A stretch of 33,734 nt of DNA from an uncultured Gammaproteobacteria bacterium. GTDB lineage: Bacteria > Patescibacteriota > Microgenomatia > JAMCZE01. Below, piece after piece: positions 7,131-15,961 of this stretch. The stretch's first letter is position 1, and every line of letters starts with the position of its first letter. Below the pieces are notes generated by a model. The model had not been told where the DNA came from. It was given only the letters and a program-made list of their open reading frames with translations, and ran no database searches. The stretch lies in the NCBI GenBank assembly GCA_964411775.1, contig CAYPLU010000002.1, positions 1 to 33,734 on the forward strand, read 5' to 3'. The position numbers and the translations under genes are program-made.

Positions 7131-9149
7131 ATGACCTTCAAGCTACATTCCGATTTCCAAGCCAAGGGAGACCAGCCAAAAGCCATCGAGGCTTTGGTCA
7201 AGGGGATTAGCTCAGGCAAACAAAGCCAGGTTCTTCTTGGAGTAACCGGAAGCGGCAAAACCTTTACGGTTGCTAAAGTCATCGAGAAGATCCAAAAACC
7301 AACCCTGGTTATTGCCCATAACAAAACTTTGGCCGCCCAGCTTTACCAAGAGTTTCGTGATTTCTTTCCCGAAAACGCCGTCAGCTATTTTGTCTCCTAT
7401 TATGATTACTATCAGCCTGAAGCTTACATCCCCCAAAGTGACACCTACATCGAGAAAGAAACCGAGATTAATGAAGAAATCGACAAGCTTCGTTTGCAGG
7501 CAACCACGAATCTCCTGACCCGAAAGGATGTCATCGTCGTTGCCTCAGTTTCCTGCATCTACGGTCTTGGTGACCCGACCGAATACGGTAAGTTTATTCT
7601 CGAAATTAGCAAAGGTGGCCCTCTAACCCGTCGACAAATTATGGAGCGTTTAGTTGAGTTACAGTACGCCAGAAGCGATTTTGGCTTTCACCGAGGCACC
7701 TTTCGGGCCAAGGGTGAAATAATCGATCTCTTTCCGGCCTATGAAGACTTTGGTATTCGTTTGGAATTAACAACCAGTGACCAGGTTGGTAAAATATCAA
7801 AGATTGACAGTTTAACCGGTGCTGTTTTAGAAGTAGTTGACCGTTACGTTGCTTTTCCGGCGAAACACTATATGACTGACCCAGGCAACTACGCCTCTGT
7901 TTTTGCCCAAATCAGAAACGACTTGGACCAGCGTGTTAAAGAGTTGAAATCAGCAGGCAAAGAATTGGAAGCTCACCGTCTCAATCAACGGGTCAACTAC
8001 GACCTTGAGATGCTTGCTGAGCTCGGCTATGTGAACGGCGTTGAGAACTATTCAAGATATTTTGACAAGCGCCAGCCAGGTCAGCCTCCTTTTACATTAA
8101 TTGATTACTTGGGCAACGACTACCTCATGGTAATTGACGAATCCCACATGACTATTCCCCAAATTAGGGGCATGTATAACGGCGACCGGAGCCGTAAAGA
8201 AACCTTAATTGACTTTGGGTTTAGGCTTCCGGCAGCTCTTGACAATCGGCCGCTCCGGTTTGATGAATTTGAACGACGTCGTAAGCAAACCATCTTTGTC
8301 TCCGCTACACCGGCAGACTGGGAACGAAGCCAGGCTGAAGGCGTTGTGGTCGAGCAACTTATTCGTCCGACAGGAATCGTTGACCCTGTCGTTAGTGTTA
8401 GACCCACTAAGGGCCAGGTCCAAGACCTCATCAGCGAAATTAAAATCCGCATCGCTAAAGGCCAGCGTGTTTTAGTAACCACCTTGACCAAAAGGATGTC
8501 CGAAGAGTTGACGGAGTATCTAGAAGATACTTTAGTTGACAATAAACCTCTTAAGGTCGCCTATCTTCACAGTGATGTCCAAACGCTTGAAAGAAGCTCC
8601 ATCCTTAAAAAGCTTCGACTGGGTGAACACGATGTTTTGGTCGGAATTAACCTGTTGCGAGAGGGGCTTGATCTTCCTGAGGTGGGTCTGGTCGCCATTT
8701 TAGACGCTGACAAAGAAGGTTTCCTCCGTTCTGAAGTCTCTCTCGTTCAAACCATGGGCCGTGCAGCCCGAAACACTGACTCTGAAGTCATCCTCTATGC
8801 CGACACTGTTACTGATTCCATGGAACGAGCCATGGGCGAGGTTCGTCGCCGTCGCGAAATTCAGCTTAAGTGGAATAAAGATCACCATATTTCCCCCCAA
8901 ACCATCCGCAAACCAATCAGGGGTGATGTCATTGCCGGTGTCGTTGCCGGTCAGGCAGCCAAAAGGCGAGCAGCCAGCTATAGCGTTCTTCTTGACCACG
9001 AAATTGCTGATATGGACGTTAGTGAGCTCCTTCCAGAACAAAAAACTGAACTAAAAAAAGTTCTCGAGCGCCGGATGAAAGAAGCCGCTAGAATCCTGGA
9101 CTTTGAGGGCGCCACCTTCTACCGCGACTACCTCAAGAAGCTTAATTAA
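7131..9149 (+). CDS. uvrB: excinuclease ABC subunit B
   Basis: 672 aa. Walker A GVTGSGKTFT, beta-hairpin region SYYDYYQPEAY, VIDESHMT helicase motif II, and a C-terminal UVR domain. Confidence 0.97.
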   Translation: MTFKLHSDFQAKGDQPKAIEALVKGISSGKQSQVLLGVTGSGKTFTVAKVIEKIQKPTLVIAHNKTLAAQLYQEFRDFFPENAVSYFVSYYDYYQPEAYIPQSDTYIEKETEINEEIDKLRLQATTNLLTRKDVIVVASVSCIYGLGDPTEYGKFILEISKGGPLTRRQIMERLVELQYARSDFGFHRGTFRAKGEIIDLFPAYEDFGIRLELTTSDQVGKISKIDSLTGAVLEVVDRYVAFPAKHYMTDPGNYASVFAQIRNDLDQRVKELKSAGKELEAHRLNQRVNYDLEMLAELGYVNGVENYSRYFDKRQPGQPPFTLIDYLGNDYLMVIDESHMTIPQIRGMYNGDRSRKETLIDFGFRLPAALDNRPLRFDEFERRRKQTIFVSATPADWERSQAEGVVVEQLIRPTGIVDPVVSVRPTKGQVQDLISEIKIRIAKGQRVLVTTLTKRMSEELTEYLEDTLVDNKPLKVAYLHSDVQTLERSSILKKLRLGEHDVLVGINLLREGLDLPEVGLVAILDADKEGFLRSEVSLVQTMGRAARNTDSEVILYADTVTDSMERAMGEVRRRREIQLKWNKDHHISPQTIRKPIRGDVIAGVVAGQAAKRRAASYSVLLDHEIADMDVSELLPEQKTELKKVLERRMKEAARILDFEGATFYRDYLKKLN

Positions 9150-9241
9150 TATTCGTTAGGTATTAGATATTGTATTTCGTCTTTTCTTCGTGTTACCTTG
9201 ATAGTCATGTTACAATACCTGTGGTTCACAAGAAGTGGATC

Positions 9242-9262
9242 CCGCTGGCAAGGCGGTTTTTT
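9242..9262 (+). terminator. terminator-like hairpin plus T6 between uvrB and uvrA
   Basis: CCGCT-ggcaa-GGCGG (5 bp including one G-T pair) followed by TTTTTT, ending 20 nt upstream of the uvrA ATG. Could be the uvrB terminator or an attenuator in the uvrA leader. Confidence 0.35.
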
Positions 9263-9281
9263 GCGTGCTTAAGAAGAAAAA

Positions 9282-12179
9282 ATGATTGACAAAATAACAA
9301 TTCGAGGTGCTCGGGAACACAATTTAAAAAACGTCGATCTCGAGATCCCAAAAAACAAGCTGGTCGTCTTTACCGGCGTGTCAGGAAGTGGCAAAAGTTC
9401 TATGGCCTTTGACACAATTTATGCCGAGGGACAACGCCGTTATGTCGAATCTCTAAGTTCTTATGCCAGACAATTCTTGGGTATCATGGACAAACCTGAT
9501 TTAGACTATATTGACGGCCTATCACCCGCCATTTCCATTGACCAAAAAACCACCTCTCATAATCCTCGGTCAACCGTGGGGACGATTACCGAGATTTATG
9601 ACTATTTACGACTTTTGTTTGCCCGGATCGGTCACCCTCACTGTCCTAACTGTGGTCGTGAGATTGCTCACCTTTCTTTGGATCAAATCATTGACCAAGT
9701 CAGTGTCATTGCGAGCACACGAAGTGAGCGTGGCAATCCCAAGCAAAAAAGATTTTTGATCTTTGCTCCCTTAGTTAAAGAACGAAAAGGGGAGTACACC
9801 AAGCTTTTTGATTCCTTAAGAGCCAAGGGGATTACCCGTACCCGTATTGATGGCCAAATTTTTGGCATCGATGATGACATTGGTCTCATTAAAACCAACA
9901 AACATAGCATTGAAGCGGTGGTAGACAGGCTATCACTCGATCCTAAAAACCTTGACCAGAATCGTCTTCGTGAAGCTCTTGAAGAGGCCCTACGTTTAGC
10001 CGATGGGGAAGTGATCGTTAGTGAAGTTTTGGATTCAAGTCTCGAGTTTCCCGATCGACCGACCAAAATGGAGGACCACCTCTTTTCGGAAAAATTCGCT
10101 TGCCCTGTTTGCAATATTAGTATCTCTGAAATCGAACCCCGCATCTTTTCTTTCAATTCGCCCCAAGGGGCTTGCCCCACCTGCACGGGTTTAGGCTATC
10201 TTTTAAAAGTTGACCCCGAGTTAGTCGTTAATCCTGATCTTTCGATCATGGAGGGAGGAATCCTGCCTCTGGGGAATGAGGTTGAGCACGACACTTGGTT
10301 TATGAGAATGATTCGGGCCCTTGCCAACAAACATGGTTTCTCTGCCAGTATCCCAATTAAAAAATTATCAAAAGAGCACTTAAACGTGGTTCTCTATGGC
10401 TCAGGCGCCGAGGAAATCTATGTCCAAGGAACCAACCGTCAGGGGAAAATGACCGGTTTCTACGAAAAATACGAGGGTGTTATTCCCCGAATTGAACGGT
10501 TGCACAAAGAAACCGAATCTGACTGGCGCCGGGCCGATACCGAAAAATACATGCGTAACGAAGTTTGTCCCAGCTGCCTTGGGGCTCGTCTGAAACCAGA
10601 GGCTTTGGGAGTAACCATCAACAAAGAGAACATCAGTGAAATTTCCCGTAAAAGCGTCGCTGATTCCTTAAGCTTCTTAAGTAACTTAAGTGACTTAAGT
10701 TTGAGAGAATCTCAAATTGCCACTTCAATTCTCAAGGAATTGGTAGCTAGACTAAAATTCTTAATCGACGTTGGTCTAGACTACCTGACTCTTGAACGTC
10801 CCGCTAATACTCTTGCCGGTGGAGAAGCCCAACGAATTCGTCTGGCCAGTCAAATTGGCTCCGGGCTCTCAGGCGTTCTCTATGTTTTAGACGAACCCTC
10901 AATTGGCCTTCACCAAAGGGATAATCTGCAACTTATTAACACTTTGAAACACTTAAGGGAGCTGGGTAATTCTGTTCTCGTTGTTGAGCATGACCGGGAA
11001 ATGATGGAGGAGTCCGACTATATTTTTGACTTTGGCCCCGGAGCCGGCATTCATGGTGGCCAAATTATTGCCCATGGAACCCCCGAACAAATTAAACACG
11101 ACCAAAATTCAATTACCGGCAAATATTTGTCAGGGAAATATAAAATTGAGAAAAATCCCTCAGCCGCCATCGCAACTAATCCACATGAAGGCAAAAAACT
11201 CACCCTTCTTGACGTTAAAGAGCACAACCTAAAAAACATCACCGTCGAGTTTCCTCTAGGAAAACTCATTTGTATCACCGGGGTTTCCGGTTCTGGCAAA
11301 TCAACTTTAATTCACGACGTTCTCTACCACGCTCTAGCCTGCGAACTTTACCCCCTGCATAAAGACCGGCCGGGCAAGTTTGGCGCCATCCTGGGAGCCT
11401 CGGAAGTAGATAAAGTGATCCTCATTGATCAATCCCCCATCGGGCGAACCCCAAGAAGTAACCCGGCCACTTACACCGGCGCCTTTACTCACATTAGGGA
11501 GCTTTTTGCGGGAACAAAAGAAGCTAAAATAAAAGGCTACAAAGCCGGCCGATTTAGTTTCAATGTCAAAGGCGGTCGCTGTGAGGCCTGTGAGGGTGAA
11601 GGGCAGATTAAAATCGAAATGAACTTTTTGCCGGATGTCTACGTTGAGTGCGAGGTCTGTCGCGGTAAGCGCTATAACACTGAGGCTCTTGAAATTTTCT
11701 TCCACGACAAAACGATTGCCGACGTCTTAGATATGAATGTCGATGAGGCCACCTCGTTCTTTAATAACATCCCCTCCCTTCTAACTAAACTCCAAACTCT
11801 CCAGGACGTAGGTCTTGGTTACATCAAGCTTGGCCAACCAGCCCCGACTCTTTCTGGCGGCGAGGCCCAGCGCGTAAAACTCGCTAGTGAACTGGCAAAA
11901 CGGGCTACCGGAAAAACTGTCTACATTTTGGACGAGCCAACCACCGGTCTTCACTTTGCCGATCTGGAAAAACTATTATTCGTCTTAAAGCAACTAGTAA
12001 AGTTTGGCAACACCGTCATCGTTATTGAGCACAACCTTGATGTTGTTAAGAACGCTGACTGGATCATTGACCTGGGTCCCGAAGGTGGCAACCGAGGCGG
12101 AGAAGTCGTTGGAGCGGGAACTCCTGAGGAAATTGCCAAACTAAAAAACAGTTGGACCGGAAAATACCTGCCACAATAG
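9282..12179 (+). CDS. uvrA: excinuclease ABC subunit A
   Basis: 965 aa. Two ABC modules (GVSGSGKSS and GVSGSGKST Walker A; two LSGGEAQR signatures), zinc modules CPNCG, CPVC..CPTCTG and CEACEGEG..CEVCRG. Confidence 0.97.
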   Translation: MIDKITIRGAREHNLKNVDLEIPKNKLVVFTGVSGSGKSSMAFDTIYAEGQRRYVESLSSYARQFLGIMDKPDLDYIDGLSPAISIDQKTTSHNPRSTVGTITEIYDYLRLLFARIGHPHCPNCGREIAHLSLDQIIDQVSVIASTRSERGNPKQKRFLIFAPLVKERKGEYTKLFDSLRAKGITRTRIDGQIFGIDDDIGLIKTNKHSIEAVVDRLSLDPKNLDQNRLREALEEALRLADGEVIVSEVLDSSLEFPDRPTKMEDHLFSEKFACPVCNISISEIEPRIFSFNSPQGACPTCTGLGYLLKVDPELVVNPDLSIMEGGILPLGNEVEHDTWFMRMIRALANKHGFSASIPIKKLSKEHLNVVLYGSGAEEIYVQGTNRQGKMTGFYEKYEGVIPRIERLHKETESDWRRADTEKYMRNEVCPSCLGARLKPEALGVTINKENISEISRKSVADSLSFLSNLSDLSLRESQIATSILKELVARLKFLIDVGLDYLTLERPANTLAGGEAQRIRLASQIGSGLSGVLYVLDEPSIGLHQRDNLQLINTLKHLRELGNSVLVVEHDREMMEESDYIFDFGPGAGIHGGQIIAHGTPEQIKHDQNSITGKYLSGKYKIEKNPSAAIATNPHEGKKLTLLDVKEHNLKNITVEFPLGKLICITGVSGSGKSTLIHDVLYHALACELYPLHKDRPGKFGAILGASEVDKVILIDQSPIGRTPRSNPATYTGAFTHIRELFAGTKEAKIKGYKAGRFSFNVKGGRCEACEGEGQIKIEMNFLPDVYVECEVCRGKRYNTEALEIFFHDKTIADVLDMNVDEATSFFNNIPSLLTKLQTLQDVGLGYIKLGQPAPTLSGGEAQRVKLASELAKRATGKTVYILDEPTTGLHFADLEKLLFVLKQLVKFGNTVIVIEHNLDVVKNADWIIDLGPEGGNRGGEVVGAGTPEEIAKLKNSWTGKYLPQ
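10667..10699. repeat. four CTTAAG hexamers at exact 9-bp spacing inside uvrA
   Basis: cttaagctt cttaagtaa cttaagtga cttaag, with sites starting at 10667, 10676, 10685 and 10694. Encodes SLSFLSNLSDLS. Confidence 0.9.
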
Positions 12180-12184
12180 ACAAG

Positions 12185-14035
12185 ATGCAAAAAATAAAAT
12201 TCGCGGCAATTATCTCATTTTTCACTCTCTTAGGTCTCTTTCAAAGAATTCCTGCTTACGCCCTCGAGTCAAATAAATTTGATCTCAAAACCGAAACTGT
12301 TTATCAACTATTGAGTGCTGATTCTGACACCACCAAAGTCACTATTAATTATTCACTAACCAATCTTTCCTCCGCCTTTTTTGCCTCTCAGTATGTCATC
12401 GAGCTGGGCGACCCAGATATCAAAAACCTAAAGGCTTTTGACGCTACTGATACCCTGCCAATCCAGCCTAAGCTTAATGGCGACAAAAACCAAGCCATTG
12501 TCACTTTCAAAAGCCCGGTTGCCGGTATCGGTAAGGTTCAAAAATGGACCGTCAGCTATGAATCGACTAAATTCATCAAGAAAAACGGTTCCCTTTACCA
12601 AATCATGTTGCCGCCACCATTCACGGATGACTACACAACTGACTATTCCATCGTCTTAAAAATCCCAACCGCTAGAGCTAAACCAGTTTCCTTTAACCCC
12701 CAACCAAGTAAAACGCAGGAAGGCTCTTTCACCTGGACAAAAGCCGATTTAAAAAATTCCGGCGTCTATTCCGTCTTTTCAACCCAAAACCCGGCCGTCC
12801 CATTCGTTGCCTATAATTTCAAGATTTCCTACCAGGTCACCAACCCAAAACTCGTCCCGGTAAATATTGAGGTTCCTTTCCCACCTGACACCGCCTATCA
12901 AAAAATTCTTCTTAAGGAAGCTTCGCCTAGACCCCTTGACGTCCGGGTTGATTCCGACGGCAACTGGTTAGCTAAATACTATCTTGGCTCAAACGGTAAA
13001 CTAGAAATTTCCGTGATTGGAACTGTCGCTCTTTTTCAAAAACCCTCTGTCACCGTTTTTGCTCCCAAACCTGATTTAAAAAAACTTACCAGTGCCGATC
13101 AATTCTGGGAAGTGGATAACACCGGAATAAAATCAGAAGCTGGAAAATATCAATCAGTCAGGGAAATCTACGACGGGGTTCTTTCAAATTTAAAAAATCG
13201 TCCCATTGAAAAAAGTCCTGATGCCCGTCGATCCGGAGCCCAATACGTCCTTTTAGTCGGCGACTCTAGCACTGGGCAAGATTACACCGACCTCTTTGTC
13301 ACCCTATCTCGAGCCAGACATGTCCCAACTAGGGAAATCATTGGAATTATTCCCAGTGCGGGCAGCCTAACCCCCCAACTTCAAAGCTGGGCCCAATACT
13401 TCGAGTCCGAAACCAATTCTTGGAGAATGGTCGACCCCAGCCTTGAGGCAATAACCAAAGGCTTAAACTATTTTTCTGACTGGGATCTCAATCACTTTGC
13501 CCTCATTACTAGAGGCCAAAGTAGTGTCAAACCTTTTTTCCCAAATTTCTCAACCAAAGATAGCTTTAATATTAGCCTCACACCAAGCGATTCCGAAGTG
13601 GACATCTTTTCCCAAGCTAAGATCAATATCCATCCTGACATTCCTGCTCAAGCCACCGCTGGTTTTCCTGTCACTGGAAAACTTTTCGTCGAAAACGACG
13701 GTCCGACCATTCACGATGCCCTAACCTTAAGGCTCTCTTCAACTCAGTTTGAGATCCTTTCGCCAATTCTTGAAACAGACATTTTGCCCCCGTTTTCCAG
13801 TAAAGTCCTGGACACTAAGATCAAGTCTCCCAATTGGCTAAGCTCAACCAATGGTACAATCAGCCTCGAGGCAGCCGGAGTGGCCCGTAATTTCAAAATC
13901 ACCGTCGAGCCTATTTACAAAGCCGGTTTTATCCAAATCTTGGGCGTCTTAATTATGTTAGCCGTAATCTCCATCGGTACTCAAATCGGCCGAGCTGTCA
14001 CAAAGAAAAGCCATGACCATTCCAGAAGTATCTAG
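12185..14035 (+). CDS. hypothetical secreted protein with C-terminal membrane anchor; possible catalytically degenerate transglutaminase-like core
   Basis: I prefer the ATG at 12185 (MQKIKFAAIISFFTLLGLFQRIPAYA looks like a signal peptide). C-terminal TM helix GFIQILGVLIMLAVISIG. GQDYTDLFVTLSRARHVPTREIIGI ... QSWAQYF ... WRMVDPS resembles a transglutaminase-like core with Cys and His replaced. The function call is weak. Confidence 0.6.
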   Translation: MQKIKFAAIISFFTLLGLFQRIPAYALESNKFDLKTETVYQLLSADSDTTKVTINYSLTNLSSAFFASQYVIELGDPDIKNLKAFDATDTLPIQPKLNGDKNQAIVTFKSPVAGIGKVQKWTVSYESTKFIKKNGSLYQIMLPPPFTDDYTTDYSIVLKIPTARAKPVSFNPQPSKTQEGSFTWTKADLKNSGVYSVFSTQNPAVPFVAYNFKISYQVTNPKLVPVNIEVPFPPDTAYQKILLKEASPRPLDVRVDSDGNWLAKYYLGSNGKLEISVIGTVALFQKPSVTVFAPKPDLKKLTSADQFWEVDNTGIKSEAGKYQSVREIYDGVLSNLKNRPIEKSPDARRSGAQYVLLVGDSSTGQDYTDLFVTLSRARHVPTREIIGIIPSAGSLTPQLQSWAQYFESETNSWRMVDPSLEAITKGLNYFSDWDLNHFALITRGQSSVKPFFPNFSTKDSFNISLTPSDSEVDIFSQAKINIHPDIPAQATAGFPVTGKLFVENDGPTIHDALTLRLSSTQFEILSPILETDILPPFSSKVLDTKIKSPNWLSSTNGTISLEAAGVARNFKITVEPIYKAGFIQILGVLIMLAVISIGTQIGRAVTKKSHDHSRSI

Positions 14036-15296
14036 CCTTCCGAAACTCCCCGGCGTTTATCTCTATAAAGATAAACTCAATAACGTCCTCTACGTGGGGA
14101 AAGCAAAATCCCTTCGCGACCGGGTAAGTCAATATTTTAGTGGCTACGATGAAAAAACCGGTTTTAAGCCGGCCAAAGATGCCCTTCCCCGAACCGCCTG
14201 GTTAATCTCCGAAATTGACCATATCGATCACATCGTTGTCGAAAGTGAAATTGACGCCCTGCTTTTTGAAGCCAATTTAATCCGTAAATTTCAGCCCAAA
14301 TACAATGTTAACTGGAAAGATGGGAAGTCCTACCCCCTTATTGAAATTACCATTAAAGACAAGGTTCCGCTTGTCCGCTACGCGCGTCAGGAAACTAATC
14401 CCAAAGCAAAATACTTCGGTCCTTATCCAACCGGTAGTGATTTAACCGGACTGTTACGCTTTCTTCGTCAGCTTTTTCCGTATGTCTCCCAACCGCATCC
14501 TGGTTCCAAACCTTGCTTGCGCTCCCACCTCGGCCTCTGTCCTTGTCCGGACGTGTTTATAGACCCCCGCGCGCGCCTAAGTTACTTAAGAAACTTAAGA
14601 TACTTAAGGGAATTTCTTGAAGGCAAACGACAAACCGTCCAAAGAAAACTGCGACAACAAATGCGTGAGGCTTCCAAAAAACTCGATTTCGAACAAGCCA
14701 GCGCTATTAAACTTAAACTGGAAAAAATTGCCTATTTGACTGCGCCCCGAACTCAAAGCTTTGAATATGAAGTCAATCCACATTTAGTTTCTGACCTGCG
14801 TGAAAAAGAGCTGTCGCAGTTGGCAAAAGTTTTAAAAACTGGTCCTATCAAAAAAATCGAATGCTACGACATTAGTAACACCAGTGGTAAAAATGCCACG
14901 GCTGCCCAAGTCACCTTTGTTGATGGTGTACCCGACAAAAATCTGTACCGCCGCTACAAAATTAAGCTTTCGCCAAAACCAGGTGAACAAAACGACTTTG
15001 CTATGTTAGCTGAAACCCTTGCCCGAAGGCTAAAATCAGACGTCACTCTGCCTGAGTTGATTGTTATCGATGGGGGGAAAGGCCAGTTAAGTGCCGTTCA
15101 AAAGGTCGTGCAAGACAAAACTCAGGTGATTGCCCTGGCCAAAAGGACGGAAACTGTTTTTTTTAAAAATGGTCAAAGGATTCAGTTATCTCTTTCTAGC
15201 CCCGCTCTTAAACTAATACAGCGTCTCAGGGATGAAGCCCACCGCTTTAGTAGAAAGTACCACTTTTTTTTAAGGAAAAAGTCCTTGTTTTCTTAA
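14013..15296 (+). CDS. uvrC: excinuclease ABC subunit C, short form lacking the C-terminal (HhH)2 domain
   Basis: GIY-YIG (PGVYLYKD..VLYVGKAKSLRDRV..EANLI), UVR domain (FEQASAIKLKLEKIAYL), and C-terminal endonuclease domain (ECYDISN..VIDGGKGQLSAV..RDEAHRF). Only 427 aa. Overlaps the preceding ORF by 23 nt. Confidence 0.85.
   Translation: MTIPEVSSLPKLPGVYLYKDKLNNVLYVGKAKSLRDRVSQYFSGYDEKTGFKPAKDALPRTAWLISEIDHIDHIVVESEIDALLFEANLIRKFQPKYNVNWKDGKSYPLIEITIKDKVPLVRYARQETNPKAKYFGPYPTGSDLTGLLRFLRQLFPYVSQPHPGSKPCLRSHLGLCPCPDVFIDPRARLSYLRNLRYLREFLEGKRQTVQRKLRQQMREASKKLDFEQASAIKLKLEKIAYLTAPRTQSFEYEVNPHLVSDLREKELSQLAKVLKTGPIKKIECYDISNTSGKNATAAQVTFVDGVPDKNLYRRYKIKLSPKPGEQNDFAMLAETLARRLKSDVTLPELIVIDGGKGQLSAVQKVVQDKTQVIALAKRTETVFFKNGQRIQLSLSSPALKLIQRLRDEAHRFSRKYHFFLRKKSLFS
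14585..14608. repeat. three CTTAAG hexamers at exact 9-bp spacing inside uvrC
   Basis: cttaagaaa cttaagata cttaag, with sites starting at 14585, 14594 and 14603, preceded by a degenerate cctaagtta. Encodes LSYLRNLRYLRE. Confidence 0.9.
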
Positions 15297-15315
15297 GCTG
15301 TGATATCCTAAATCA

Positions 15316-15717
15316 GTGATCAAGCTTGTCACTCGCTCTTACCTTATTAATGCCTTTGCCCTTTGGTTTGTTTCTAACCAAATTTCCGGCTTTACTTTGG
15401 CCCATGGCTGGCAATCACTCCTAATGGTCGCTGGCGGGCTAACCTTTCTCCACCTACTAATTAAACCGCTCGCCGACCTTGTCCTCGGCGGTATCAACTT
15501 TCTGACCCTTGGGCTAGTCGGACTCTTAGTTGACGCCGTCATTATCTACGTCTTGACTCTGTATTTCCCCCAAGTCTCAATCGGTGCTTGGTCGTTTGTT
15601 GGCATAACCATAAACGGCTTCGTGATTCCTCCCTACGATTTTGGCATCATCGGCACAACCATTCTCTGCGCTGCCATCATTAATGGCATCCGAACCGGTG
15701 CAAGTTTACTAATCTGA
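15316..15717 (+). CDS. small membrane protein, DUF360 / phage-holin-family-IV-like (YvlD-like)
   Basis: 133 aa, GTG start, four predicted TM helices. INAFALWFVSNQISGF ... LIKPLADLVLGGINFLTLGLVGLLVDAVIIYVL matches the pattern I recall for this family. Confidence 0.6.
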   Translation: MIKLVTRSYLINAFALWFVSNQISGFTLAHGWQSLLMVAGGLTFLHLLIKPLADLVLGGINFLTLGLVGLLVDAVIIYVLTLYFPQVSIGAWSFVGITINGFVIPPYDFGIIGTTILCAAIINGIRTGASLLI

Positions 15718-15742
15718 GCCACATCTATATAATAGGTGCAAC

Positions 15743-15961
15743 GTGAGAAATCTTTTAACTATTCTCGAAATTATTCTTTCAATCTCCCTAATTTCCCTTG
15801 TCCTAATCCAAGCTAAAGGCACTGGCCTGGGGTCCGCCTTTGGCGGCAGTGGCGAAGCCTTTAGAAGTAAACGAGGGGTAGAAAAAATAATCACTTGGGG
15901 GTCCGGGGTCGTCGCTGTCTTGTTTGCTGTCAACTCTATTCTTCTTTTATTAATCAAATGA
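15743..15961 (+). CDS. secG: preprotein translocase subunit SecG
   Basis: 72 aa, GTG start, two TM helices separated by the Gly-rich loop QAKGTGLGSAFGGSGEAFRSKRG. Confidence 0.8.
   Translation: MRNLLTILEIILSISLISLVLIQAKGTGLGSAFGGSGEAFRSKRGVEKIITWGSGVVAVLFAVNSILLLLIK

Noticed and set aside
12152-12184. Track start at 12152 for the uvrA-downstream ORF, and similarly 15895 for the binding protein, 17308 (TTG) for the NHL protein and 25708 (TTG) for the response regulator
   Set aside because: These upstream starts overlap the preceding gene or add non-hydrophobic residues before an obvious signal/TM segment or conserved N-terminus. Downstream ATGs at 12185, 15958, 17347 and 25729 fit better.
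10667-14608. CTTAAG arrays as evidence of a restriction-modification target or avoidance signal
   Set aside because: CTTAAG occurs frequently elsewhere in the window, so it is not avoided. No methyltransferase or endonuclease gene is present in the window. Only the 9-bp phasing is retained as a low-interest observation.
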